A stretch of 63,818 bases of DNA, filler included, from Octopus bimaculoides (Eukaryota), in the NCBI RefSeq assembly GCF_001194135.2. It is 6 parts of 6 records of this genome, joined end to end, with 100 filler letters (N's around TTAATTAATTAA, not from the genome) between each part and the next. Parts side by side here need not be neighbours in the genome. Positions count along the whole stretch, not along the records: positions 1 to 26,280 come from NC_068995.1; positions 26,381 to 46,168 come from NC_068981.1; 4 more parts are not named here. One strand, written 5' to 3'. The first letter of the stretch is position 1. Each line of letters begins with the position of its first letter. The notes beneath the pieces are model-generated. The model searched no databases. It was not told where the DNA came from and saw nothing but the letters and a program-made list of their open reading frames with translations. The translations under genes were made by a program, and so were the position numbers. Positions 13,100 to 27,614 of the stretch are shown one piece after another.

Positions 13100-15571
13100 G
13101 CACGCACGTGTAAGAGTGTGTTCACGTCAGCCATTTGGAGAGAGGGCTTGTGTAGCACATAAGCAAACTATCATGAATATATTTAGTTGTTGAAGAACAA
13201 TTCATGGGCTCTTGCTGCATATGGAATCTTTAATAAAATAAAACTGTTTATTTTTTTTATTTTGATTTTTTATTTTGTTTTCGTTTTTATTTCTTTTTGT
13301 GATGGTGGGTAAGTTGGTTGGTTGGATATTTGTCGCCTTCGGTGATTTACTTTCACTTTCTCTCCACGCTGATTTATTACATAAAAGTTTATTACATAAA
13401 ATATATAATAAAATAAGCGTCGGAATTTTTCAAAAAAATCAATCAAAACAACTGTTAGATGTTGGAAATAGAGCTTTGAAATTCTTTAAAGATAAAAACT
13501 AGCTGAAAGCTTTCACTAAATATCAAAGGACTTACATCGAACAAGTTTTCCTTTTGTGAGCCGCTGAGCGGTCTATATTACGAACTTTGCACTCGAATAT
13601 CCAAAGGCATACTTTTCTACGCAAACTTAAACACCATACGGATAAGTCTATGACCACACTATTCGAAAATAAATTTCTTTCATTTCGTCAGCGAATGTGT
13701 GTGTGGTATTGGCATTGCTTTGATTCACAATAGTGGCAGCAGTTTCTTTTAATCGTCACATAGTCAAATTCCTGTGATCTCATTCGCTGCAAGCCAATCT
13801 TATGAACATGGATTACAGCAGGAGTTTGGGTGAGATCTAAGAATTTTGTTAATTCATCTATTTCCCAGAATGCTAATGCCCTTATTTGGAAGAGCTTGAC
13901 TCAAATCAATACGAACACAGTTAACCTTTTGATAGATACTGTAGTTTTGTTTTTATTTTTAACAATAATCTCTATAATTCGGGTAACTTTGCATTGTCAC
14001 TGACCATATTGTGGCATAAGGCTGGATTTTCAATATGATTTTTTTTTTTTTGTGAAGACTGCAGATGGATAGTAAATACAAATATCCTCTCTACTACTTG
14101 TTTGATTCCGAACCACGAAATGGCAAGGTCATTAAAACGCCAAACGAAATGCCTTTTTGTTTTTATTCTGATCTTCTTGCAGACTGAAATCGAATGCCTC
14201 GGAGATTCACTTTCATTTTCCTTTTTCCGAAGTCGATAAATTCTTTCTAAATTTGGCGCAGGGCCAGTAATTTAAATGGGAAGAAGCAAGTCCATTAGAG
14301 TCGTCATAGTTCTCAGTAAGTACTTATTTTCTCGCCTTCGAAATTATGAAAGGCAAATTAGACCTTGGGGTCATTTGAACTCAGAACGTAAAGTGCCGAA
14401 GAAATGCGTCGAAGGATTTTGTTCATTGCGGTAGTGTTTCTGCCAGTTCGCAGCCACTACTGTTAATAAATAATTACCGGTCTAGGGCGATAGACATGTG
14501 GAATCATAAGAACTTCGATATTTGCTTCGGCTCTCTACTTTGTGGAGACAAATCCTAGCGTAGCCTACTAGGATGGTACACTGAATCCAATTTAACATCA
14601 GTACCTGGCAATGTGGCACCTTTAGCAGAATCTACTCTGTTGCTTACTACTCTGTGTGTGTAAGCGTGTGTGTGGAGGGAGGGGTGCGCATGTGAGATTA
14701 TGTTTGTGAGTTGTTCTCGTAAAGTACATAATCAAATTCCATCCCGATTAGACTACACCATACATAAAATTTGTTGCCATCATGCAAAATACCTTCCGTT
14801 GATAAATATTGATTGAATTGTTCTCAATCCTGTTTTCTGATCTATGATGCCAAGAGAGCAAAAATGTTTATAATTTGACACTTAATAAGAGAATGACAGG
14901 AACTAGTTCTCGAACATTACAGACTTTGGTGGCCAAAACATTAGTCTGAGGTTCAATAATTATTGACGCATTTTAAATAAGACGAAGTATATTTTCGTCA
15001 GTTATCGAGGATGTTCCTCTGATGTGTTTGGAGTTTTACATCTTCCCTCTCGTTATATTGACCCTGCAGCAATTTCATAACAATTTTACTGTTACATTTT
15101 GCTAATAAAACAAGTTTTGTCAATGCAGGCCACCGCTAGCCTCCTTGGTTTCTGTTTCTAGGGAAAAAAATTACTTCTTGTACAATGAAGCTAAGTGAAT
15201 TTTGTACTCTGTTGTCTGTCACTAATTATTTTTTCGTTATTTCCAATTTAGCTCAAGTTGAATGTGTCTATGATCAAAGCCTGTCTAACGTCCAATCTTT
15301 TTTCTATGTCTGAACCTACATTGAACAATATTATCTTCCCACTTAGAGAATGTGGCGTGCGATTTGAAGAAAATTTGGCCAGTGTTCCTAGTATGTCGAG
15401 AGACAACACAAAACCTGATACATTGGCTCGCTCTTATGTACATTGTGTAAAGCAGTGAATAAACAGAATGAATAAACTGCGGTTTACATGCAGTGTGTTA
15501 ACTGAGTCATAGCATTAATTTTATCTATGATCTGTCTCTCTCTTTATCTCCCTCTCTCTCTCTCTCTCCCT

Positions 15572-15626
<55 letters not shown>

Positions 15627-15888
15627 ATAAAATAAACACCAAACGTGTACTGGAATTGATTCTGTCTTTTAAACTTTAACACCCACACTATTTTGGCCTT
15701 GTGTCAATATAAAATATGCTCTACATAGATGTATGTTATGTTATAGTTAAGAACTTGCAGAAATCGATTTTGCTCTTGTATTTGTACCTAATGCCACCAA
15801 AGTTGTTGTCTTTGCATTGTATCTTTACAATTGTACTCTAATAATCTGATTGGTAAGAATTTTTATTCAGAACTGTACTACATACATA

Positions 15889-15922
<34 letters not shown>

Positions 15923-16129
15923 NNNNNNNNNNAGAGAGAGAGACAGAGAGAGAGAGAACTGAAAAGAAAGAATAAACTTCATTATTAAAGCAGTAAGAAC
16001 TTCACTAAAATATCACAAGAGACATTTATTCAGAATTTCGCCTAGCTGTGATCAAGGATCATGTTCTATATATTACTCGGGTATATACAGATATGCGTGT
16101 GTGCGTGTATGTGTGTGTGTGTGCGTGTG

Positions 16130-16171
<42 letters not shown>

Positions 16172-17978
16172 TGTATTGGTGTTTGCACCTGTCTCTTTGC
16201 CACTTGACAACAGGCGTTGGTTTGTTTAGTCCCCCTAAGCACTTCGGCGAAAAAATATTGATAAAATAGGTGCGAGGCTTTAAAAAGAAAAAGTTCTTTG
16301 ATTAATTTAGTCGATTAAAACCCTTTAAGGCAGTCCTGGTAGCATGATTGCAGTCCAAATAATGAAACGAGGAAAAGATGAAAGATAGAACATAAAATGT
16401 ATTCACCCCAACACCCCAACTCTTTTGCGTATGTGTTTCCTTAATTCGACATAAGGAATCGATATATGATGATTTACAACATTCGCCATGTCTCTAAAAG
16501 AGTGTTTTGGTTGATTAATCTTGCCTATTACTTGACTGATATTTATTTATCGAACAATGAGTATCGATTAAGATAAAAGACACATGTGTCCGTAGCCTAA
16601 TATCAAATCAGAAATTTATGTAATTTCATTCAACAAGGCACTTTACCCGACCTTTTAAGGTTACTGCAAATCCACAGCTCTCTGAAGATAGATGAACCAA
16701 TTTTTCTAATAACATTGTCAAATACTGGTATACTAAATACAATACATTTACTCGCTGATGTATATAATATTTCTTCACAAAGCAACTATACCAGAAATCT
16801 GACCAATTCTCCGGAGATACAGGTTAACTAACTGCTTCACTAAGCTAGTTTTCAGTAAAACATCCAACAAAGAGCATCAACATGAACTGAGTAGTCTAAT
16901 ACAAGTAATTTAAAGGAAAATGAAATAATTTAAGAGATGACATGTATTTAAATAACGTAGACATATAGAATCATACCTAATGTTATACAAAATTAATTAT
17001 TGGTTTATTAAAATTATCTCCGCCTCTAGAAGATGTGTCATAATTACCAAGCGGCAATTAAGATGAGCTTCACATGAAAAAGGGAGTTAATCTGGAGTCA
17101 AATCTCCTCGAATGCTAACATGCTGTTCTAGAAAGGGAGAGGTTTTCTCTCAGGAGTTAAGAGGACGATCAATGGCGTATGTTTCTCCTTCAATAGCCAT
17201 CACCAGCACGAGTTTGTCAGGCCTTATTCTTGGAGATAAAATGCATACGTACATACATACAGAGAGCGAGCAAGCGAGCGAGCGAGAGAGAGAGAATAGT
17301 AAGGAAAAAAGGGAAACCTTTGTTGCAACGCAACTAGTTAGTGTTCAGTCTGAGCAAAATATAACAAAAATCAAAATGGTTGACATATTTTCGTAGGTTA
17401 AGTTCCTTTATCATTGGAATACAAGTGTTCCATTATTACAATCCAAGGAAAATCAGTATTACAAAACCTTACGATCGTTTTCAGGCTCACTCACAGTGAG
17501 AGGACAAAAGCCGTCAGCGTCTGCTAGATTTAAAGGAGCCAGTTGGATATGGGAGCATCGAAATCAAACATTTACTTACGGAGACAGCGATTTTATCTCA
17601 CCTAAGGAAATACAACTAGGACCTATTATACAGTTAAAACTTTACTTGATTTAAATTTAAATCCTGTATATATGTAGATCTATGTTGTATCGAAACATGT
17701 GTAGTGGTCATTAAAAAGCTGTGGAATCGTACTCCATTTTACATTTGGACTCTAGTTATTTTTTTCATTTATATATATATAAACGCGTGTATGCATATAT
17801 AAATCTTTGTGCTTGTCTCAACCCACCGCTTGACCAACGATGTGGGCTTGTTTAAGTTACCGTGGAGCATAGCGTTTTGGAAAACGACACAGATTGAATA
17901 TGTACGAAACTGTAAAAAACTAAATATGGAATCGATATATTCGACCAAACATTTCACTGTGGTACTCCAGCATGGCCG

Positions 17979-19241
17979 ATAGTGTTCCAAGTCAATTAAT
18001 AGCTCTGGATGTCTCAGTCCTCCTAGCAGTAAATTGCTTCCATTTAATAGCAAAAATCCGTGACAATATTTAACATGGGTATTAATTGTCAAATGGTCAG
18101 AACATTGATATTTGCCTTCTCAGATCGAAATAACTAAATCGTAAACGACAAAAGGATAACGTATATATGTGTTAGTATGTGTGTCTCTATGGAGAGAGAG
18201 AAGGAAATAAATGGAGAGTAAAAGAGAGATATGAAAATGTAAAAGATTTACATGAATTGCTAAGCTTATTTCTTCCTCAGGTAAAGAGACAATGAGAAAA
18301 ATGTTAAAAGATGAAATGTGAGAATGCCTTGCTTACCAAAATAGTTATCCATGGTTCAATGTACAAGCACATAGCCAATAGATGTCTCAACTCGATATAT
18401 CATTATTTATGAGGAAAATCATACACTTACCTGAAAATAATAAAAGAAAGGTATTAATCAATCAGTTAATGAATTAAACGATAGGTTGAAACAAAATATA
18501 TAGAAAATAGTATAACAGTTGTGGTGTGTGTTGGGAGGGTCATAATGCCAATAACAGTAACACTCACACTGGTTCAAAGCACTTCTTTCTTGTTAGTCAA
18601 TAAGTTAAATATCTAACCAACTAACTTATCGATCGTTTTCTTAATGTGACAATTAAGCAATCAGTCCGTTGTTTGTTAGTCAAAGACCTTTCGTTGCTAA
18701 TCGCCACCTCTTTAGTGACTTGCGTTCTCTCCTCATGGTCTTCCTGAGTTTCAAATACGAAGACAAAATATAACAATTGGATAATATATTTATTTACATT
18801 TAGTTATCAGTTAAGCAAGCATTTCCCTTAAATACTTAATGATCGAAGTAAAATTATAGTGATCGGTATCCCCATAAAGTAGGTATTCAGACACATGCCT
18901 CGTATGTTATATGTCGCATGCTGAGAATCTAGTTTATAGTCTGCTCCAATCATTTTGATTACTGAGGCTCGTAGTATTTTTGCAAAGATTCGGAAGAAAG
19001 CGTACGAGCGGACAAGTATTTTCGTCGGTGTCGGTAAGAAACTGATAGAAGGAAAAGAGGCGTATGTGGGTGTCTTTGTTCAGTTTTGTTTTTATCATCT
19101 GCAAGCTAATAACAATGCTCTGACCATTTGACAATTAATACCCATGTTAGTTATTGTCACGGATTTTTGCTATTAAATGAAAGCAGTTTACAGGTGGGAG
19201 GACTGAGACATCGAGAGCTATTAATTGCCTTGGAGCACTAT
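17979..19241. repeat. ~129-bp inverted repeat pair separated by ~1 kb (possible MITE/foldback)
   Basis: 17979-18107 is the reverse complement of 19113-19241 at roughly 85-90% identity by eye. No clear TSD. Confidence 0.8.
18411..18455 (-). promoter_or_regulatory. Candidate recursive splice site (zero-length exon)
   Basis: Minus strand cctttcttttattattttcag|gtaagt with the junction at 18431/18430; branch-point-like ttaac/ctgat lies upstream. Confidence 0.4.
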
Positions 19242-20349
19242 ACGTTTCAGCAATTAGCAGCATGTTTCACCACTAATCAGACATGAAAACGTTTCTTTGT
19301 TTTGGGACTGAAATATAATCTGCAGTTTTGATCAACATCGACCATGAATTTTATTTAAAATTATGGTAATAATTACTTAATTTTGCAATGCATAAAGTAT
19401 ATGAGATTCTATGTAACCACGTTGAAATTAGACACAATAACACAAAGGAAATAGCTAAGAAGAAGGAATTTAAAGATAAACAAGTAATTTTTTTCTTTTA
19501 TCTATGGTGATGGGGCTGGTTCAAATTGATTTCATATTTTTAATGGGAAGAAAGAGATTTTCTCTATATTTAATTTCAATTTCAGTATAAATCTAGAAAT
19601 ACTATTACAAGCATATAATTATAATTCTGCAAATCTGTAATTGTAATTCAATGCTCAAGAGAAAGGGAAAGAGAAATGGAGAGGTGGAGAGAGTGAGCGA
19701 AATGGGTCGGGCAAAAAGATGGCAGCGAGAATTTAAAAAAATAAAAGGTTTGTATCAAAAATATAAAACCATTCCTAGAAAGAATACGCCTTTAACACAG
19801 AAATTTATCGATCTATTAAATAAATAAATAAATAAATATAAATAAGGAAGGAAATGAATTATTCAATCGATTGATTATTTCAAAAGAATAAATGCATAAA
19901 ATGTAATTTTTGCGAAAAATGCATCTTATGAAAAATTCAAACAACTGACAGACAGTACAAGTTTGCGAAAAGTTGATTTTANNNNNNNNNNNNNNNNNNN
20001 NNNNNNNNNNNNNNNNNNNNNNNNNNNNNNNNNNNNNNNNNNNNNNNNNNNNNNNNNNNNNNNNNNNNNNNNNNNNNNNNNNNNNNNNNNNNNNNNNNNN
20101 NNNNNNNNNNNNNNNNNNNNNNNNNNNNNNNNNNNNNNNNNNNNNNNNNNNNNNNNNNNNNNNNNNNNNNNNNNNNNNNNNNNNNNNNNNNNNNNNNNNN
20201 NNNNNNNNNNNNNNNNNNNNNNNNNNNNNNNNNNNNNNNNNNNNNNNNNNNNNNNNNNNNNNNNNNNNNNNNNNNNNNNNNNNNNNNNNNNNNNNNNNNN
20301 NNNNNNNNNNNNNNNNNNNNNNNNNNNNNNNNNNNNNNNNNNNNNNNNN

Positions 20350-20381
<32 letters not shown>

Positions 20382-21294
20382 TACATACTCATAAGTGTTT
20401 TTAAATATGTATATGTGTGTGTTTGTGTGTGTGAATTTACATGTGTTTATGTGTGTCTGCGTGCATAAAGTCATGTACATATATGAATGTGTGTTACACA
20501 GTTTCCTAGGCGTAATTTAGATTATGTATCGTCATTGCAATGGTTGTTCACTCATCAATTATTGTTAGTAAATTTGTCACATTTAAAAATAAAAAGAAAT
20601 GATTTTCCATTTAACAAATCAGTCTCGAGGTAACATATCTCACGCTATTGCTAATTATCTTCAATCTCACTCATTCTCTACAGAATATATATTTTAATAC
20701 AGATTTGAAAATATCGAGACTCCGATTAGAGATTTCCGTGCAAGATAGCACATTTCATGTTTCATAAGATGGACATTTATAATTTTTATTATCATGGTTC
20801 TGACCCAGTTCGAGATTAATGGTGCAAATCTACCACCAAAGGCATTGCAAGTGTAGATGGATATGAATCAGCGATAAATTTTGGCTGGTATTACTTGCAC
20901 CTCGAAAGACCACTTAGTGGTTTTCTTTCTCACTATTCCGTATCTTCGATAAAAGAAAAAAAGTGCTCACACATCTGTTTGTCATTATGCTTATACTATG
21001 TATGTATGCTTGTTGCACCTAACTTGCTTCGCTCTAGTTCTGTAATGAAAGCCGTTCCATCCATGACTGTCACGTCTGTATATTTTTTCTTATTGATTTC
21101 CTTAAAACATTTATCTTTTGATCTTTCTGTATGTATAGGATCCGAAGAAATTCATATGGAGAATTCCATAATATTTTAGACCAATGAAAATATATTTTTG
21201 TCTAAGCGCCATCTTTTTCTTAAGCTCTGTCTTCAAATACAGTTGAAGCTCACATTTGAGTTATTATGTATTATCAAATTCTACGTTAATCATG

Positions 21295-21440
21295 AGTTAA
21301 GGCCAGCGTACTTGCATTTGTTCTCGTTTATTGTTCTTATAATGTCGTTGACTCTCGCGTACTATCAAATCCAAGCGTTGGTTTTCTTCTCCCGCAATGC
21401 GATGCCGAGCATGATTCGTTCCATTTTCCTTTCGGCTACA
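21295..21440 (-). mobile_element. RTE-clade LINE C-terminal fragment
   Basis: VAERKMERIMLGIALREKKTNAWI..VNDII..KCKYAG, matching RTE AQRAMER.MLG.SLRD..N..IR. Confidence 0.75.
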
Positions 21441-21443
21441 AAC

Positions 21444-21477
<34 letters not shown>

Positions 21478-22867
21478 NNNNNNNNNNNNNNNNNNNNNNN
21501 NNNNNNNNNNNNNNNNNNNNNNNNNNNNNNNNNNNNNNNNNNNNNNNNNNNNNNNNNNNNNNNNNNNNNNNNNNNNNNNNNNNNNNNNNNNNNNNNNNNN
21601 NNNNNNNNNNNNNNNNNNNNNNNNNNNNNNNNNNNNNNNNNNNNNNNNNNNNNNNNNNNNNNNNNNNNNNNNNNNNNNNNNNNNNNNNNNNNNNNNNNNN
21701 NNNNNNNNNNNNNNNNNNNNNNNNNNNNNNNNNNNNNNNNNNNNNNNNNNNNNNNNNNNNNNNNNNNNNNNNNNNNNNNNNNNNNNNNNNNNNNNNNNNN
21801 NNNNNNNNNNNNNNNNNNNNNNNNNNNNNNNNNNNNNNNNNNNNNNNNNNNNNNNNNNNNNNNNNNNNNNNNNNNNNNNNNNNNNNNNNNNNNNNNNNNN
21901 NNNNNNNNNNNNNNNNNNNNNNNNNNNNNNNNNNNNNNNNNNNNNNNNNNNNNNNNNNNNNNNNNNNNNNNNNNNNNNNNNNNNNNNNNNNNNNNNNNNN
22001 NNNNNNNNNNNNNNNNNNNNNNNNNNNNNNNNNNNNNNNNNNNNNNNNNNNNNNNNNNNNNNNNNNNNNNNNNNNNNNNNNNNNNNNNNNNNNNNNNNNN
22101 NNNNNNNNNNNNNNNNNNNGAAAGGCAAAGTATATCTCGACAGAATTTGAACTCTGAACGTAAAGACGAACGAAATCCTTCTAAGCATTTTGTCCGGCAT
22201 ACGAACAATTGTTTCAGCTTCACATCTTAACTTTGATATTAATACGTTCACGTACATATGCCTGTGTTTGCTTCTATATACACGTGACTGCGTATATCTG
22301 TGTGTTTTTGTGGTCTTGTGTAAATGTGTGTGTATGAGCGTGCCTGTGTCTGTGTGTGCGTGTGTGTGTGAGGATGTGTGTGTGTCTGTGTGTGTGTCTG
22401 TGTGTGATTATAGCGATCTGTTTACTTATTTATCACATGTGTATTTCGTTTATTCTTCATTTACCACGAAACTCTTAAACTCGCTGATTTAGCCAAACAT
22501 ATGAGAAATGAAAATGTATGCAGGCAATGTTCACTAAAGCATTATAGATAGAAATGGGATTATCCATAGTTGTTGGAATATATGTGTGTGAATGAACGAT
22601 AGAAACAGAGATAGTCTGCTATTATCTGCTCGGAGACGTGGATTCATTGAGTAACGATGAAAAGGACTATTCACAGAATAGATCAATTTACATTAATAAC
22701 GGAGATGGGAAAAATAGTTCCTTTCAAGTATTTTGGGGGTTTTGTTTTGTGTTTTTCTTTAGCATTTCTCCAGTTTTATGTATATGCATGTAAATATGTT
22801 GATACGTGCGTATCTCGCTATCGCTCTCGCGCTCTGTATAACAATATATATGTATATACATACATTC

Positions 22868-22902
<35 letters not shown>

Positions 22903-22907
22903 AACAA

Positions 22908-22939
<32 letters not shown>

Positions 22940-23651
22940 GAGCTGAAGAGATAGAGAGAGGGAGAGAGAAAGTGAGAGAGAGAGAGGGAGAGTGGGAGAG
23001 AGGGAGNNNNNNNNNNNNNNNNNNNNNNNNNNNNNNNNNNNNNNNNNNNNNNNNNNNNNNNNNNNNNNNNNNNNNNNNNNNNNNNNNNNNNNNNNNNNNN
23101 NNNNNNNNNNNNNNNNNNNNNNNNNNNNNNNNNNNNNNNNNNNNNNNNNNNNNNNNNNNNNNNNNNNNNNNNNNNNNNNNNNNNNNNNNNNNNNNNNNNN
23201 NNNNNNNNNNNNNNNNNNNNNNNNNNNNNNNNNNNNNNNNNNNNNNNNNNNNNNNNNNNNNNNNNNNNNNNNNNNNNNNNNNNNNNNNNNNNNNNNNNNN
23301 NNNNNNNNNNNNNNNNNNNNNNNNNNNNNNNNNNNNNNNNNNNNNNNNNNNNNNNNNNNNNNNNNNNNNNNNNNNNNNNNNNNNNNNNNNNNNNNNNNNN
23401 NNNNNNNNNNNNNNNNNNNNNNNNNNNNNNNNNNNNNNNNNNNNNNNNNNNNNNNNNNNNNNNNNNNNNNNNNNNNNNNNNNNNNNNNNNNNNNNNNNNN
23501 NNNNNNNNNNNNNNNNNNNNNNNNNNNNNNNNNNNNNNNNNNNNNNNNNNNNNNNNNNNNNNNNNNNNNNNNNNNNNNNNNNNNNNNNNNNNNNNNNNNT
23601 GTGTGTGTGTGTGCGTGTGTGTGCGTGTGTGTGTGTGTATGTGTGTGTGTA

Positions 23652-23682
<31 letters not shown>

Positions 23683-23735
23683 GTGTATCAGTCAGATCAC
23701 CCAACCCATGCTAGCATGGAAAGCGGACGTTAAAC

Positions 23736-23771
<36 letters not shown>

Positions 23772-23775
23772 AATA

Positions 23776-24615
23776 ATAGCTGACGTAGTCGATAATTACC
23801 GGGAAAGCGGAGCTCGTCCCTTGGTTCCGTTCTCATAAATGTTTTGCTAATCTAATAACAATACAGAGTGTGTAGTCCTTAAACCGGTTTTTTGTGCATT
23901 TACAGACAATACCGAACTGTCTTATACAGGATCTTGTTTTTAGGAATTTCTAATAACTTATCAATATCCCAATTGTGAAATTAGTTATGTAATGACATTA
24001 AATTAGTTACCCGATTGTAAGAAGGCAAATAAAATAGCCCCGAAAAAGGCCTTAATGCTTTCCTATTGTATATAGGAATTACGGGGAAATATTAATAAGG
24101 TATCTCTGCTAAAATTGTGAAGCATGTTACGTAATAACAGGCTAATCAGATATGAGATAAGCATTCAAAGTAAATAACTCTGAAAAGGATTTTGTACGTT
24201 CGCAGAAAATATTACCCTCAGCGGCGCTAGCTTTGGTATATTCGTTAATAAGTCGCAAACCGAAATAAGTGGATCTATTGTTTAGGAAGATACCATTTAC
24301 TTGTTGAAATCTTGTACTAGTTAACTTGCAAAAATAATTCTAACAGTTCAATTACAAAGAAATACACATACTCAATTTCATTTTTACCAAATGATTTAGG
24401 AAAATGAATGGATTATTTCTCTTGGCTATATATAAGCATCCCTTCCAGGGGCTTTATTATCGAGTTTTTCAACTATCTGAGTATGCCATGAGGTTTCTAT
24501 ATAGAGTTCTACTCACGTGTCAAGATTCATCAAAATCGCTAAAACGATGTAGGAGGAGTTAGCTAACAGCTCCGCAAACACACCCACTGACAGAATTTCC
24601 CACATATATAGTATG
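23776..24615 (-). mobile_element. Possible old Helitron-like element
   Basis: gattcatcaaaatcg..gacagaatttccc..atatatagta end motif near 24520-24615 and tagctgac near 23778. Boundaries uncertain. Confidence 0.3.
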
Positions 24616-24801
24616 TATGTGTGTGTGTTTGTTTGTGCTTGTGTGTGCATATATTACTTATATTATCATTTGATTGAAACTCATGCATCCATTTCCAAGT
24701 GAGTTTAAGTTAATCTTTTTGATGCGACTCTACTCTATATTGTTTTCTTCCCTATCGTTTTCTCACACATATATACACACACGTAAATTTTAATATGTTA
24801 G

Positions 24802-24855
<54 letters not shown>

Positions 24856-25509
24856 GAGGGAGAGAGAGAGAGAGAGAGAGAGAGATGAGAAGGGATGAGA
24901 TGGAAAAAAAAGATGATAATGGTTATACTAATAAATTCTTTATTTAATCTTTTATCATTATTATATTATTCTTTTACATTAATCTCATCCACCATTTGAA
25001 TACTTTTCCAGCGATCTTCATAACTGCGATTCTACACTTCTATTACTGCTATTAGCCTTGTATATGTGATAGTCGGACATTAGGTCAGCCATGATGATGT
25101 TGATCTAGGATTATTGCTTTTACTCTTATGTTATGAGTGCTTCTGCTCCATCTGTTACTTTTTATCCACTTCGACGTTCATGTATTTTATGGTTTTCCGA
25201 TGTTTTCCCTGCCTGGTTTGGATTACATTATATGGAACAGCCTACTTTGATCTCATTTTCAGACAATGTAGCCAGACCATTGTTCTATATCGTGTTTGAT
25301 GCAAGATTATATCGCTTTTCTAGCAGAATCGTTAGCATATTGGATACAATGCTTAGCGGCTTTTTTATGAGTTCTAATTTCACCGAAGTCGAGTTTACCT
25401 TTCATTCTTCGGATTCGATAAAATTATGTACCAGTAAAGTACTGGGATCAACGTGATCGATATACTCATGCCCTCAAAAAACTGCAAGCCTTGTGCTACA
25501 ATTTCGAAC

Positions 25510-25510
<1 letters not shown>

Positions 25511-25575
<65 letters not shown>

Positions 25576-25601
25576 CAGTGTTGTTGTTGTTGTTGTTGTT
25601 G

Positions 25602-25657
<56 letters not shown>
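25511..25657. repeat. (ATT)n/(GTT)n microsatellite
   Basis: Directly visible. Confidence 0.97.
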
Positions 25658-25669
25658 TAGTAGTCTTAC

Positions 25670-26036
25670 TTTTATCACGCGTTTTTACTGCACTACCGAG
25701 CGCAGATCTCTGTGCCTTGAGTATGTGCTGTGGCTTGTCGTGACGCTCTTATCTACACGCTATTGAAATTGTTTGAAGGAGGATGTGTGCGGTACCTAGT
25801 AGTGTATTTTCTGATTGTTATATATAACTGTTAGTCCTGGTGTTTTTGTTATGCATTTGTCTGAATATTCTTTTAGCATACCTTAATGTGCCTCCTATGT
25901 ATGATAAGAACTGTTTCTGTTTTTAGACTCTACATACGAGTTACCACTATTTCCACATCTTTGTATTTTGAAAGTTTGTCATTTTCTTTTAGAGAAACAT
26001 TGTCATCTGTTGGTATTGATACATCAATTAGGAAGC

Positions 26037-26040
<4 letters not shown>
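25670..26040 (-). mobile_element. 5'-truncated R4/Dong-like LINE 3' end within (TAA)n
   Basis: KCFLIDVSIPTDDNVSLKENDKLSKYKDVEI (RLE D..P..K motif); (ATT)n arrays on both sides. Confidence 0.85.
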
Positions 26041-26280
<240 letters not shown>

Positions 26281-26380
26281 NNNNNNNNNNNNNNNNNNNN
26301 NNNNNNNNNNNNNNNNNNNNNNNNTTAATTAATTAANNNNNNNNNNNNNNNNNNNNNNNNNNNNNNNNNNNNNNNNNNNN
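26281..26380. other. Scaffolding spacer: 44 N + TTAATTAATTAA + 44 N (also 46169-46268, 51223-51322, 61001-61100, 62695-62794)
   Basis: Identical 100-bp construct five times; the 12-mer places stops in all six frames. Confidence 0.97.
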
Positions 26381-27614
26381 AAGGGGCAGGGGCGCAGTCG
26401 AGGGTGTAAGGTTGACACAATTCACACCACGAGCATTATGGTACTTATAAAGGGTGTGGACATTTAGGGGTGTATGTATCATGCGTATGCTAAACAAAGT
26501 GTTAAAACGGGGGAGAGGGACATGTGCGGCGTCGTGGTTGAAAGGTTGATATGAAGGTGGAAGTGGCATTTATTAGTTGAACAACCAAACGCCGGAGGAT
26601 GTGCTCGAAGTTCGGGTAATGGTGGTGGAGGGAAGTGTTTACAAATCACACAATGTCTTGCCATCACGGGCATGTTATCCTATTAGATTGGTGTTGAACG
26701 GATATTGTCTAATTATGGAGGGATTGGTGTAAACGGCGCGAACTAAGTGCCATTAGTCATTTTCAGACGCGAAGGAGCGAGAGTGGAAGGTTGACCTAGA
26801 CCTAGGCCTCTGCAAAACGGTGAAGCTGTTGGAGGGGGAGGAGTGTCCATGTTTTGCAGTTTTCTTTAGAACCCGAATACTCAGGGACAAAGAGCAAATA
26901 CTTTCCAAAAACGACGCAAAAAAAAAAAAAAAGAATCGGGCGTTCCTTGAAGCAGCCTTCTTGGGTGTAACTCTGCAAAAATGCGAAAAGGTGATGTTTC
27001 ACAGTATTTCGTAGATCTGTCGCAAGTTAAATAAAAAAAAAAACATTAACCAAAAATAGTTTTAAACCATTGTTGAGTCATCTGTACTGTTTATATGAGA
27101 TTTGGACGAATTTAGTCCAAAATGAGGGAATTAAGGGCAAAAGCCTGTTTCTACTCAGTTTTTCGCAATTGTTGGTCATACGGGGATGAATTCTGTGCAA
27201 ATCGGAGTCTCCTAGCGTTATCCTCAGGATGAGTGAATACTGTGTAAAGTTTGAATGCAATCCACCAAAGCAGTGAGAAGATTTTGAAGGTATAAAGGGA
27301 GAAAAGTGTATAAAATCGATTTTTTTCAGTTTTTCGCGGTTTTTTGTCGCACAGGGATGCCTTTGGACATAGAACAGATACTTGATAGAACCGCTGTTAC
27401 ATGGTGGGTTTTTTTGGCCGTAAAAACTAAGAAATTCGGACTTTCCATTAAAAAGTTTTCTATAGTGTAACTTTGCAAAAATGCGTAAAATCGATCTTTT
27501 TCAAAGTTTTTCGCAATTTTCTTGGGAATCAGAGGCCCCAAGGCAGTGCCAAAATATTTGTCTGAAATGTCGCAACATGACGGTCCTTTTAAACACCAAC
27601 CGCCTCCTACAACT

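Noticed and set aside
15258-15458. Unique-looking ORF of 66 aa, with a weak integrase-like reading on the minus strand
   Set aside because: No recognisable motif or splice signals; not enough to call.
26325-26336. TTAATTAATTAA motif repeated five times
   Set aside because: It is always centred in 44+44 Ns; an artificial six-frame-stop scaffold linker.
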